The notes beneath the pieces were generated by a model. That model was not told the origin of the DNA. It ran no database searches and saw nothing but the letters and a program-made list of their open reading frames with translations. The position numbers were made by a program, and so were the translations under genes. A stretch of 63,198 nucleotides of DNA, the filler included, from Bigelowiella natans CCMP2755 (Eukaryota; Protista; Cercozoa), in assembly GCA_000320545.1 (NCBI GenBank). It is 8 parts of 8 records of this genome, joined end to end, with 100 filler letters (N's around TTAATTAATTAA, not from the genome) between each part and the next. Parts side by side here need not be neighbours in the genome. Positions count along the whole stretch, not along the records: positions 10,388 to 25,634 come from ADNK01001320.1; positions 25,735 to 38,918 come from ADNK01000518.1; 6 more parts are not named here. One strand, written 5' to 3'. The first letter of the stretch is position 1, and the number at the start of each line of letters is the position of its first letter. Shown here piece by piece: positions 13,453 through 26,308 of this stretch.

Positions 13453-15620
13453 TCATTTAGAGCATTCGGATGAATCAAACGCAGAAGCGGGAACAACAAC
13501 GAATGCAATGCTATGATTTGGCATCGTTAGTGCGGGCTTTTGACTACTCCCTCCTCCTCCCTTTATCTCTAAATCCATAGGTTCCAAATGAGGGATGGCA
13601 TCATTAGGCCCCAGTGCTAATTCTTTACCATTAAGTCGCACGACACGGCTGCTAAGACTGTCAGCTGTCAGCATGTACAGCTTTGCCTTAACGGTCACTG
13701 TGTCGTCGTCTTCCTTCTTCAGCCCTTCGAGAATCACGTCAGCACTTGAATTTCCATAATTAATGAGCAGAAATACGACTGCCCCGTCATCCTCCTCCTC
13801 CTCCTCCTCCTCCTCCTCCTCCTTCTCCTTCTTCTCAGTTGTAAGATTACTGCTTGTATTGTTATTATTATTATTGTTACCGTTGTCCTCTTTACGGGCA
13901 CAGTGCGCCCAGACACTAACCTGCTCTTGCACACTGTTACTTGCCCCTAAATTCTTCGCATCTTCTTCTTTCGCATCTACCCAGAGCACTTTCTCGCCCA
14001 TGAGTCTATTGAAGATAGCCAGAGAGTAGTAGTCGGGGTTGGGAACGTGCGTCTCCTTATCCACGAGCTCGTAGTTTCCGCCAATGAATGACTGACGACA
14101 GAATCCTGAATGCCCATTCGCAGCAAACCCTGCCATTACCTGCAGGTACCAGAACGAATCAATGAAGGCATTGCTCGTGGTGTTGTGCCCACTATTGTAG
14201 CAGCCCCCGGTCTCTCCCATCCAGATTTCAGTCCTTTGTTCACCGGAGAGCTGCCGCACCATGGCGGATGCGTTCTGGGCTTGGGCGAGAAATTTCTGGT
14301 GGAAGGTGGGGTCCATGATGTGTGCCTGCAAGTTGGGATTTCCGTAGCCTGGGCCAAGAGGGTAGTCATGCCACGTGATCACATCTACGATATTCTTCAC
14401 GAGAGGTATCAGCTCATTGAAGAACTCAGGCTCCCAATGGAGCTGGTCAGTAGCTAAAACTCTTGGCTTGCTATCTCCATCATCGTCTTCGTCATCGTCG
14501 TCGTCATCGTCATCATCGACATTATCATGATCCTCCTCCTCCTCCTCGTCGTTGTCATCTTTGCTCCAGATATGATCGATCATCATCCGCAGGGTTTGGA
14601 TATCAGCTGCATACTGAGTAGGAGACAGGCATTCAATTTCGTTCCCCAATTCAAATCCATAAATCTCGATATCGTTGTCGAAGGCAAACTCCATCAGGCT
14701 TCTAGCGTTGCTAGGGTCCCAGCTTCCAGGGCACGAGTCATTGTAAAAAACTTCCTTGCGGTCACGGCCATACATGAGATTGAGCCCGAATACGAGCCTG
14801 TGCAAAGGGAGAGATCAAAATATTACGATAGAAAGAATCTCGTATGATGGATATATATTTTGCTCTAACCTTGAATCGTCTCCGTTTTCTTCCACGAAAC
14901 GGGAGAGCTCTTGAAATCGAGACTCGTTCAGACAACCGCCAAAGAAGTGGGATGAATTTTGGAGCTTGGGTGTGAAATCTGGGCACGAAATGCCTTTATC
15001 CTTTCCAACTGCATACGTAATATTGTCGGCCTGGGTTCCACCAATACGGAGTGTCACAGCTCCTAACCCGCGCAAGGCATTGCGTAGCCGTTTTGACCTT
15101 GGGTTGCAGGGAATGGCTTTATTTTTTATTCGAAGATGTTTACACGGTCGTTACATCGGAAAGATTACATGGGGGAGTTCTTATTGATTCAATTACCGAA
15201 GATCCACATCCAAAACCCCTGCAGCTTTCCATGGACAGACACCATAGTCGCACTTATTCGAAGGCCACCAATCCATCGTAACGCACGCGAAGTGTTGACC
15301 CATCATCGAACGGGGAGGTCGCGAGGGGAGAGAAACCCGGACTACACGTTTGTCGTTATGAGGTGGCTCAGTAATGACGTTTTCGAAGGAGAAAGAGGAT
15401 ACCTGCAAACAAGGACATTTAGTTGAGTGAAAGTCTTTGTGCATTGTTGCATCGTCGAAGTTTTCTCTCATGATGATCCACACGGCTGATCCGCACGTGT
15501 TAGTTTTAAGTTTAATTTTCTCACTAATTTGACCTCAAGGATAAGGCATTGGGAAACTAGGATCAAAGAGAGGAGGGTCTTGGACACGGCGGTAGGGGAA
15601 CTCCCCTTTCCTTCCACCAT
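13453..15620 (-). CDS. Heparanase-like glycoside hydrolase family 79, secreted
   Basis: Signal-like exon MVEGKGSSPTAVSKTLLSLILVSQCLILE; CVTMDWWPSNKCDYG, LRIGGTQAD, LVFGLN, FELGNE (acid/base Glu), WMGETGG (nucleophile Glu), FCRQSFIGGNY, PNPDYY. Three introns, long last exon. Confidence 0.95.
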
Positions 15621-15963
15621 GAAAACACCCTCGATTGCAGGGATTTAATTCAGATATTTTTTGGGTTGGTCGGGTTTAGTTGGATTGTATAATTTACCCT
15701 GCGACATGCATTTTTTGATACCGTAAACACAGAGTTCACTGTGTTTCCGTCAGTAGGCTTTGATATTTCCTTTTTCTCACCTCAGAAACTTTCTCGAGTT
15801 CTCATCCGACTCATCTGACCCTTCTTCGGCCCGAGAGCTTCCACCTGCAAAGACTCTTCACCCCCTGATCCTGTGGCTATGTTTAACAAGAACTAGGCCC
15901 AAGTCTATAGGAACCGTCTGTCACAAGACACAGAATGAGGATCCAATGCGTGGATGCTGTGAG

Positions 15964-15993
15964 TGTGCTCAAACGCGACCTGGAGCGACGGCG
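15964..15993 (+). repeat. Short dispersed repeat, partner at 45306-45335
   Basis: TGTGCTCAAACGCGACCTGGAGCGACGGCG vs TGTGCTCAAACGCGATTTGGACCGTCGTCG, 25/30 identical. Confidence 0.6.
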
Positions 15994-16228
15994 CAATGAC
16001 CTCAGATTGAGAGAAGCTTCCGTGTCGTGTCACAGTTTCAATTTAGCACGCATGCACAAAAGAATTTAGCAAGCTAGCTAGCTAGCTGTGCTCGCCATGC
16101 TGTGTTTAAGTTATGTCTAGATGTGCGCTGTGAATGCTAGAATGCCCCAGCTCACCTAGATGATCGTCGTCGCGAGATTGACTACGCACCTTCTGGAAAC
16201 AGAGGTAGCTACATGTGTGAACTGTGTA

Positions 16229-16317
16229 GAGACGGATGTAATGAAATGTTTAAATATTTTCAATTGTCATCCTAATGTAGCTATGCAAAGCAGCGGCTAC
16301 AACGCTTAAGTTGTATC
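16229..16317 (+). repeat. Copy C of dispersed TIR-like repeat
   Basis: 68/73 identical to copy B; similarity to minus-strand copy E extends to ..CGCTTAAGTTGTATC. Confidence 0.9.
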
Positions 16318-16598
16318 CATTTATTTCCATTGTCACATGTTGCATGCACGCGAAAAAGCTTTGCAAATTGGACGGTCATATCGTGCTTTGCGCGCAGCAT
16401 GCAGTGCGAGTTCTTTTTATATATGCATATTTTCTTCATTTGTGTGAACTATAGCTGGCGCGAGCGTACATGCTAATTACGTTTATCCTCGGATGTATGT
16501 GAAAGTAGAATGCGTGGTTACAATCGTGCAGCTTCACCCTCATGCAGGAAATAGTCGAATCTATGAATAATTTTGCGATTTTAGCTAAAAGTTTCTCA

Positions 16599-18103
16599 TT
16601 ACAATGCTTCAGTTACATTCTGTTCTGGTTTAGCTGTATTTCCTTCAGATGTAGACGGTGTTGAGTCTACTTTAGGTTTACTAGAATCGGGCACCGATGT
16701 TGTTGGTTCGGATTTATTTTTCGTCGTTTGCTTCGTCCCTGATTCAGTGTCTTTTGTTGCCTCCTTTCCTGTCATACCTGATTCTGGTTTCTTGTTCGCT
16801 TTGGCGTCGTCTTTTTTTGGATCTGTCTTCAACTTATCTAGCACACCCAGCTGTTCGTTCAAGACTTCCAGGTCATCCTTTTTACGGAATATAAATTAGC
16901 ACAATTATCTCTATTAGAAGCGTACAAATGGCACCGACATATAGGTTTTAACACCTCAAATTGCCCGTCAAGTTCTTCATCCTCACCAAGAGTCTTGAAA
17001 AACTTTGCAATTTTCTCCCGGTTGGGTAGGAGAATGTCAATGATGGATTGATCCTAACAGTATGCGGTTTTAATAATCTCCTATATAATCTTTTTTTCAT
17101 AACCCGAAGTACCTTTTGTGGGTTTGCTACGAATATCTTGAAGACGTTAAACGCCATCACCTAAACAAATTGCCTTTGTTCATCTACATATTCAAGAGAG
17201 AAACGATTGGTAAAACCTGAATCTTTTTGTTCCGAACACGGAGTAGCCGCATAATCCTTGTGAGATTCGAGGCATCGTTGATGTATCTGTAAAGAAGACT
17301 AGGGTTAGTTTTGTGATATTTCCCATTGGTAGATTAAGATTGTTACTTTATCATCACGTAGTAGTTACGATGGTTCTTCAGAATATGATATACGAGTTTG
17401 AGCATCTGTTCTATCATCAGATGGGATCCATTTGGCTGACAAACATCATCTGTGAGTTTCCTGTAGTAACTAAAAACGAATATAATTTTTACCTCCATAA
17501 AGGTATGGACTTTTTTCCAAAATCCGTCGTAATTGCTGTTAAGCCATTTTGCAACGATCTTCTTATGCTCCTAATACAAAAAAGATGAATATCAGTTATG
17601 TATAGTGCTCACATTGTATATGAATAAAAGCATATTGACCGTTTCCTTGTCTTTTGAGATGGTATGCTCCTTAGACAATTTACAATTGATGATCGCATCT
17701 AGCATACCATAAGCTTCCGCCGAAAAAGCCAAGTCCTTCATCGCGACATAATTCAAAACTTTGAAAATAATGTTGTCGCTATCACTCTTTTCTGGCAGGA
17801 AAGGCTTCAAGAGCTCAGGATGTATTAAAGCCTCCTTAACAACTTCAGAACAGGGAAGGTAAACTTCCTCTCTCTGAAAAAAGAAAAAAAGGTGATGAAC
17901 GCATATAGATCTGAAGCAGTGCAATAAGAGATACCTCGAAGTGAGAAATCAAGTGCGGGATCAGTTGGGTATTCACTTTGAAATAATCAATCGCCATGTT
18001 CGCTCTTTCCTCATCCTATTATCATGTTGATTTCATTTATTATTACATCTGTTTTCGAATATATTATCATGTTGATTTCATTTATCATTACATCTGTTTT
18101 CGG

Positions 18104-18156
<53 letters not shown>

Positions 18157-18691
18157 CTTACATGAAGCCAGTAGCAAAGAATCTTCGAGATCGTTTTCGG
18201 AATTTCAAAGCCTGTGAAGAGGTCATTTTAGAGGGAGAGGTGGTGCTTTGAGTGAAGGCAATTACCTAGATCATGAATGTTCATCACCAGACGGGTCACT
18301 AGACTGGAAACTTTTACTTCCTGCTCAAAATGATGATTATCAGCCCTCGTCATAAAGGTCTACATTTACTATCTCACATTTAATAGTTTCGTAATCTTTG
18401 TGTCGTTGACTTGCGTTTCTCCATCCCCATACAACATTATGGTCATATCCTTCAGGTTGTTTTCGAGCTTGTTGAAAGATTTTGTCTTCTTCTCCTCTGT
18501 TGTCTGTTGAAATTTGGCAAAGTGGGTAAACTGTGCTATTTGTGATTCTGAAAATAACATTTGAGTGCATCTTGGCATCGGCTCAATTCGCATGAGCGAA
18601 CTACCTTCGCATCCAAGATTGTGTCCAGATTCCGGGAGCAGCTCGCAACATACTCAGCCGGTGACTTTTTGATTCCAAACACTTTGCGCAT
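16599..18691 (-). CDS. MO25: MO25/CAB39-family kinase scaffold with low-complexity C-terminal tail
   Basis: MRKVFGIKKSPAEYV N-terminus, NLKDMTIMLYGDGE, YINDASNLTRIMRLLR, AFNVFKIFVANPQK (compare conserved EAFHVFKVFVANP); many short introns; K/T/S/E-rich tail. Confidence 0.88.
18017..18106 (+). repeat. 45-bp tandem duplication in a MO25 intron
   Basis: TATTATCATGTTGATTTCATTTAT(T/C)ATTACATCTGTTTTCG(A/G)ATA x2. Confidence 0.9.
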
Positions 18692-19446
18692 GTTCAGAAA
18701 GTCCACGAGATTATCTCAGCTTCTCCTATTTCTCCTCCACGCCTTATGGAATGGATTTTGAGAGCTAATTGACCTCCGAAACCGTCCACCAGGTGAAAGA
18801 GATTCTTAGACAGGCTTCTTCTCAGATGAGGTGAAACAGGGCCTGTGAAATGAGGTAGTCTCGATCTCTCCGAATGCTTCTTGTTCAATAGTTTGAGATG
18901 TTTCTAAACGAGGTGGAGGCCTGCAATCGAGTAATCTGACCACCGAGCCCCTCAGTGTTAAGTGTGGCCAATTAGCTCACAAATTAGTAATTATTGAACA
19001 AATACAAGTAATTTATTGTTTGAGACTTACAAATAATACTAAATAGAATCATTTTACGCCTTCGATACATCCATACTCAATTTCCTGCATCTGACTTTGT
19101 TGATCCACATTGAGACCTGCGTGCGATTGCACATTTAGAATTAAAACAACGAATTCATGGAATAACCAAAATGCGTCATGAGAAATATTTCGATGCAATC
19201 TGAAAATAGGCACTTGCAACGAGTGCTTTGGACAAAATTGAGCGAAAGAGACGCTGTTTCTAGATAGTTAACATGGTGCGAAAAGAAAGAATCAATTTTC
19301 TTACGATATATTCGGAATTGAGCACGTGTGTTATTTGCCTGTTACGACACACCATCTTCCATATCGCCTGTGCAAACTTGAAGCTGTTTGCAGCTTGCCT
19401 TTGACCGAAAGTTCTCAAAAAAGTTGCCCGTTAGGCTCTAATAATA

Positions 19447-20524
19447 ATGGTAGAATTTTGTGCGGGAAAAACAAGAAAGCTCTTTGAAAGGAGCCTCAAA
19501 AATTTTCCGCAGCTCGTAACTTTTTCCCACGATCGCACACTCGTGATTGCGTCAACACCCCAACGAGAAAATTTCTTGCTTGCATCCTCGAATTTTGTTA
19601 CATTCTGGGTTTTGTTGCCGAGAAGAAAGATTCCGTTATCTGCCCAGGAAATTTCTTGCTTCGAAACGCTCCTTGAAGGTGCTTTTGGAAGCATGACGCC
19701 ACTACAGGTAAATGAGACGAAGAGAAGCAGGATAGATCTACGACAAACTTCGTGTGCTTGGAGTGAGGTGAACGAGGCGTGCACAAATTATTTCGATTAC
19801 GAAAGCAATGAAAAAGCAGGATGTTCTGTGGTTGCAGCATCGTAAAAGCGATGTCGTAGTCTATGGAATGCCATGGTTCAAAAGAAATGCCTCAAAACCC
19901 GACACTAAGAACAACTACCAAACTCGGAGCCAAAAAAATTGAACTTCCTTGCCCGACCCCGAAGCATGCTCCCACTCGGTAAAATGTATCCATCTATTTA
20001 TGTTTCAAAGTACAATATGAACCACTTTGATGTATACCAAGGCATTGGGATGAAACCAGAACTTGGGGCTGAAGTTATGGGTACGTCCTCTATCTCTTGC
20101 AAACCCGCTAAGTTGATCATCGCATATATTTTCTGCATAAGGGATGCAAATTATGGGGGTGGACGCTCTCATCATAGGTCCTCACTAAAGACTCGTCTGA
20201 ATATTTAAAATCAACCAATACTTATTCTCTACGTGCTTAGGCATTGTGGTCGCAATCCTAATCGTTTTGCTCTGCGGAATATGTTGCTGCTGTTACTGGC
20301 GACGTCGAAGTCGTTTGCAAGGGAATAGTCCAGGAGTGACGGAAAGTAGAATGAATGTCCTTGGTGATACAAGCCCCCGTTCTAACATCGATACCAGCCG
20401 GTCTAACGTCGTAGGAGTTTCTCCAGGGCACCTTACATCTTCGAACCCTCTTTTTGAACGGGGGGGAGGAGGAGGAGGAGGAGGAGGAGCCCATCAGCCT
20501 GACCCACCACTTCCGCAGGGGTAA
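19447..20524 (+). CDS. Hypothetical single-pass membrane protein
   Basis: Last exon IVVAILIVLLCGICCCCYWRRRSR (TM, Cys cluster, basic stop-transfer) then disordered tail; Cys-containing upstream exons; start uncertain. Confidence 0.55.
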
Positions 20525-22155
20525 TTCCTTTGACTATTGGTGATTCGAAGGCTGATTTTTGTGCTCATTTGATTCATATTCATTTGAACGATAGAGAAGC
20601 AAGTCCACATGCTGCCTCCCCTGGTGGGAAGTTACGGGGAGATTCAAGATATGAACATGGTAGTTGAATAAGTAGTTGGTATTAGAACTACGTTTGCAGG
20701 AATTCTAGCCACAGAGAAGCACTGATGTAAGAAGACCGCATATGACCTGTCTACATATATTCCGTAGTTCGAAAAAGGGTTCATATAATATCGATGAAAA
20801 TCCAAGCGTTATATATTGTGAGGATATTTCTGATAAAACGTGTCACTGCAGCATTGGAAATCTAACGTTTTAGGTGCCGCATACTTAGCTCATAGAGTCA
20901 CGAAGGCACTTCCTCCGGTGGTGACAATAATGAAGAATAGAGAAGAGAAGGAGTTAGGAGACATAGACACTACAAAAAAATAGCATTTAGAACGTCATCG
21001 TCGTTTTATCTTGAAGTATACTGGAGAGTCGGTTGAAAAAGTTGTAATCAAAATATACCTAGGGATGGAGCGAGCATTTCACTGAGGATGGCCATGTTTA
21101 CTTTTTTCACGCTGATACCGGAGAGTAAGTAGAGCCAATTTTGAACGAGAGGACAATATCTACAACGACGACACACATACCTCCCCCCCCAGCAACGTAA
21201 CTTTCCTTATGAACGTCCATTTAATTTGCATACCCATCCGTAGATCTGCATGGGAAAGACCAACCAGCTGATACTCAAAGTGTATCAAGTGTGGCCATAG
21301 CTAGTGGAAGCATGCCATGCATGTGCGCCGTTGTTAATGTGAATCAATTAGATCTGCGCGGAGCATAGAGTACATTCAAGCACTTTATCTGGTGCAACCC
21401 TTCCATTGCACAACAAAATTAAAGTCAAACATCAAGACTCAATCAGTCTTCAAATTGCAGATACATGGATGTCTCTGCGCACTCTTGCAAACCCACCAAG
21501 ATCAAAATATTGCTGATTCCGCCAAGCAGACACAGCCTGCATGCAATCCATCCTCTCCATAATGTTCAGACGCATGTGCAATGCTCGTTTCGAGCAACAC
21601 CAGAGAATGCACATTGCACCATGCTAGCATGCTAGCATGTGCCACGCTACGGATTGAACTGTCATTCTCTGCGTTCTACCCGACGCCAATGATGCAAGCT
21701 AGCAAGCTAGTAGTAGGTACCAGTGAGACAGATGGGTGGATGATGATGTGTGTTGATGATGGCTCCCATCTCTAGATCTGTGTCTTGGCACTAGCTATCT
21801 GATCGCTTTGTGTTGCGCTGCAACTGTCATGTTGCCGCAGAATGATCGATGTCTCGCGCGCTGTGGATGGCAGGCTGCCATGTAATAACAAATGTGCAGC
21901 GCACGCGCGCACCGCCTGCATGGACACCGTGTTGTGATGCTGCATTACATTGTGTACACAGATGAGTCTTTATCAGTAAACATTGAACACTGCTAAGATG
22001 CTACTATTGCACACCCACAACATGCTAGTTGAGTTCAGCAAGCAAGTTATATTACATGCAGGTGTACGGCTGTCTAATTTTTTTGCTGGCAATCCATATT
22101 GCATGTGTGATGACCCCGTGTTGGATCATTAGTGACTCGACGTTGCGATGAATCA

Positions 22156-22324
22156 TTATTCATTTCTTTTCATACCAGCGTGCTTAAGTAATTCTGCGGG
22201 AAGTGAAGTCCAGTAATCATTCGCTCCATGTCTGAACGAATGTTCGTCCATACTCTCCTTCTCCGAATTCTCGTACCTGACGATAGTAACATTATGGTAA
22301 GCTATCTAGGTTATCTTTCTCACC

Positions 22325-22367
<43 letters not shown>

Positions 22368-22939
22368 GCGTATACCATTCAATTATATTGTTGATGTCGT
22401 CCGGCAAGTAGTGTAGTTTGAGGAAGTTCCTGAGAAAAGTAGAGCAGTTTTATAGTTGGAATATGCGCCGCGCAACCACTCTTATAATTAAAGAGGAAAA
22501 AACACAACTGATCACCTCAGGTCGAAGTAGTTAGATGCGTCATCGGTCTCTGCGATAAACTTGAAGCATTCGTGGGTCTGCGCCTTTGTGAGGATTCGCG
22601 ACTTGAGATGGTTTTGCAGCAAAACTTCCAGCTCCTTATAATCGTACACAAGCTTGAACACTTGTGTGATGAATTCCAGAAAGCCTGTTCCCAACAAAGC
22701 AGCCAGCAAGCGTGTGATCTATCTATTTTCACTGTCGAGTGGGGGGGGGGAAGGGGATGGTCACGAATCTGGAATAACGGGGGAAGAGAATCCCCACATC
22801 CGTACATTCTATTTAGGACGAAATGACTGAGCAAAATCCGCAGCACCTAAGCGTGTTTCATCTTTAGCTCGTTGCTGCACCGAGTAGTGCCGGGTATATC
22901 TTTTGACGATAGGGATCATAATCACGTATTGGACAAGAG

Positions 22940-22971
<32 letters not shown>

Positions 22972-23345
22972 AACGATGATATACATTGCGAGACGAAACG
23001 ATGAAACATATGCACACAAATTCAACAATACTACGAGAAACTATTGCAAGCATATGCTCCATTCACTCTACTCACGCTGTTCTAGCCCCTGTTGTTTACC
23101 ATTCATCACCATAATCATCATTATCATCACCATCTTCTTCTACAATGTTTCTAACTTTTTAAGATCGGGATCCTCTTGCATGCCTTCAATGATGCGGTTC
23201 GTTGCAACACGGAAGTTAAGCTGTGGGAGAGGGGGAGGAGGAGCGATCAGGAACGTTGTGAGCTTTTATTTCACAGCACTGAAATAATCATTTCTACCCT
23301 TGCATCTTCGCGTCAGAGTAGGACAAAAATGACACACACGCACAT

Positions 23346-23393
<48 letters not shown>

Positions 23394-24687
23394 TAAGCAG
23401 TACACGCCGTACCATCTTCTGGCAGTATAGCATCGGCTTAAGCCTAACTAATGAAACTGGGCTTGCTCCTGTCTCAGGGACCCCTTGGAACATCTTTTTG
23501 AGCTTGATGTCAGTCAGATAGCTGATGTGCGCAATAAATAATAGTGAGGTCTTAATAAAGCGTAATGGACTGCAGTCAGACTAGGTAGGAGGACTCATTC
23601 TCTATAAAGTGAGGGGGGTTGTGCGCACATATGGGATTACTCGTAGGGTTGATTATCGTTCTGGTCAACGAGCTCGTCGTTGGCACCTGCACATATCATC
23701 GAGTGCCGTTAAGAAACACGCCATCAATTTTCATCGAGTGAGTATTCGTACACGATCAGTGAATTGCTTCATGGTAGATTAATGTTTCGAATGCACGGCA
23801 GCATAAGCGCATCCTAATATATGGGAGCTGCTACAACCTAGTTCAAGGAGCAGACTAATGCAGAATTTATTGTTCCTCTTGCAGCATACGTGCAGAGGCG
23901 TTGTTCTACTTTTGGACTCTGCATTTATATCTGCCTGAAAAAATGCCAAAACAGAGAATGCTTGTATCATACCATTGCAAAGGCACAAGAGATGTGAAGA
24001 ATAGCATCATGTGCATTATAGAACGTGTAGCTTAGATTGACAACATGATTATATTTGGCGATAGCTGTTCCAAGTGCGCTTTGGAGAGTTAGAGGAGAAA
24101 ATTGAAGGAAATGAAGAAGAAGAAGAAGAAGAAGAAGAAGAAGAAGGAGGAGGAGGAGGAGGAGGAGGAGAAGGGCAATCCAATCCCGTTTCCCTACTGC
24201 GACAATCATTTCCACTCACTTTCTCCATGAAGTACCTTGTACTCAGCGAGCACACGAATGATATCTACACTGCCTTCTTCGCAAGCATAGTGGAGGAGCG
24301 TTCGGCCGCGCCTATCTCTAGCCATAACTCGTCGTTTTCGGATTCTCTCGTTTTTGAGCAGCACCTTTACTCTGTGCAGGTTGCTATTGTTCACAGCCCT
24401 CACCACACTCAGCGTCGGCGTCAGCAGCTACGTTCAACAACAACAAGAACAACAACAAGAACAACAACAATTGTTGGGAGTAGAAGCAACATCAGACTGC
24501 GGCAAAAAAGGTTAGGTTACGTTACGGTGGGAGCAGAGGGGAGATGTCGTGATGAAACAAAAACCCACTACTACTAATCACTGGATAGATTGCCCGATAT
24601 GCAAATTAGTGCACTCTTTCTCTCTCCAAGTACTACTACTACCTCTACCACCACTACTACCTACTACTTCTTCTTCTTCTTCTTCTT

Positions 24688-24721
<34 letters not shown>

Positions 24722-24844
24722 TACCTCATGTTCTAGCGAATCTTTGGTTTCAGGGACTACATAATCCAAAGCATCTGCGCTTTCGGCCACACCCCCCGCT
24801 CCAATCTGTTTGCGGTATTGTAATGAAACGGTGCCAAACGACAA
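22156..24844 (-). CDS. Ankyrin-repeat protein, multi-exon
   Basis: ARDRRGRTLLHYACEEGSVDIIRVLAEYK and ADINAESKSRTTPLHVCCKRNNKFCISLLLELG are ankyrin repeats; helical C-terminal exons end LLKHAGMKRNE-stop at 22156. 5' end unresolved. Confidence 0.8.
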
Positions 24845-25349
24845 CGACAGGACGAGACAAGCAGATATTGCTTAGCGCTCATTGATTACAGAGAAAACAA
24901 AACCAATTCTCTTCCATCTTCTCTTCCTCCTCTACGTTACTCAAAACGGGTATAGCATGCACTAAACACCGATCAATGTGGGTGTGTGCATGCTACTACG
25001 GATTCAAAATAATATGCAATCTCTGCTACTTCTCATCATCATCATCAAGTTTCAGAGTATTATACAACTTGGTGCTCTTTAAGTACTTCTTCTTCTACTA
25101 CCTTGGCCGACATATCTAAGGTTTTCCCCTGAAATTTAAGAAGAGCAGGCTGATCGGGCTGAAAGTCCAGCAACGCTTCGAAGCTAAATCAACATGAAGA
25201 AGAAGAAGAAGAGGAGGAGGAGGAGAAGATAACAACAAAGCAGAATCGTCGTTTCGAGGAGCATTCTCTTCTTCCCCTTCTTCTTCTTGTTGTTGTTGTT
25301 GTAGATCTGCGCGATCATCTTGATACATTGGGTCATCATCATCATCAAT

Positions 25350-25385
<36 letters not shown>

Positions 25386-25550
25386 CATTGCTCTTAAGGA
25401 GTTGCAATGAATGTTACAACACACATACATACTTCTGCAGCTGCCTACTTACTTACTTACTTACTTACTACCGATGGATCGCTTCTTTAACGCTCTCATG
25501 GTTATCGAACGGCATCTTGCCTAAGAAGTCATTGGTAGTAATAATGACCA

Positions 25551-25634
<84 letters not shown>

Positions 25635-25734
25635 NNNNNNNNNNNNNNNNNNNNNNNNNNNNNNNNNNNNNNNNNNNNTTAATTAATTAANNNNNNNNNN
25701 NNNNNNNNNNNNNNNNNNNNNNNNNNNNNNNNNN
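25635..25734. other. Artificial contig spacer
   Basis: N44-TTAATTAATTAA-N44. Confidence 0.97.
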
Positions 25735-25781
25735 GGTGTTGTTTATATGGCCGTGGTTGTCGGTCTCTCTCTTTCTCTATC

Positions 25782-25821
<40 letters not shown>

Positions 25822-25829
25822 CCCCCCTC

Positions 25830-26269
25830 CCTCCTTACTCAAGCTTCTTGAGACTTCCTTGCTCATCGTGTTGACGCTCATGATCCAGTCGTCCATATCC
25901 TGCCTGTGGTGATAACAACCGGGCGGCAAGGCAAAGCAAAGCAAAGCAGTCGTCGTTGTCAAGAATGCAATGCTGCTGGCGGGGCTGCTAATAAATAATA
26001 GAGGAGTGTTGCGGCCATGCTGCATCCTTTGCTTTTGTGTGAAACGTCTCAAATTTTCTTGTTGTTGTTGTTGTTGTTGTTGTTCGTCCTTTCCTCCTGG
26101 GTGCAGCTACAACCACCACCACCCATTAACGCATCGTGGCGCATCTCTTTACTACGGCTACCTCGAGTCAGCAGCGAATGGGTAGAAACGGCCCGCGTCG
26201 TTAACGTTGAACCGGTAAGAGAACTGGGTGTCGGAGGGTATTCCGGCGATCTGATGTTTTTGTTAATTC

Positions 26270-26308
<39 letters not shown>

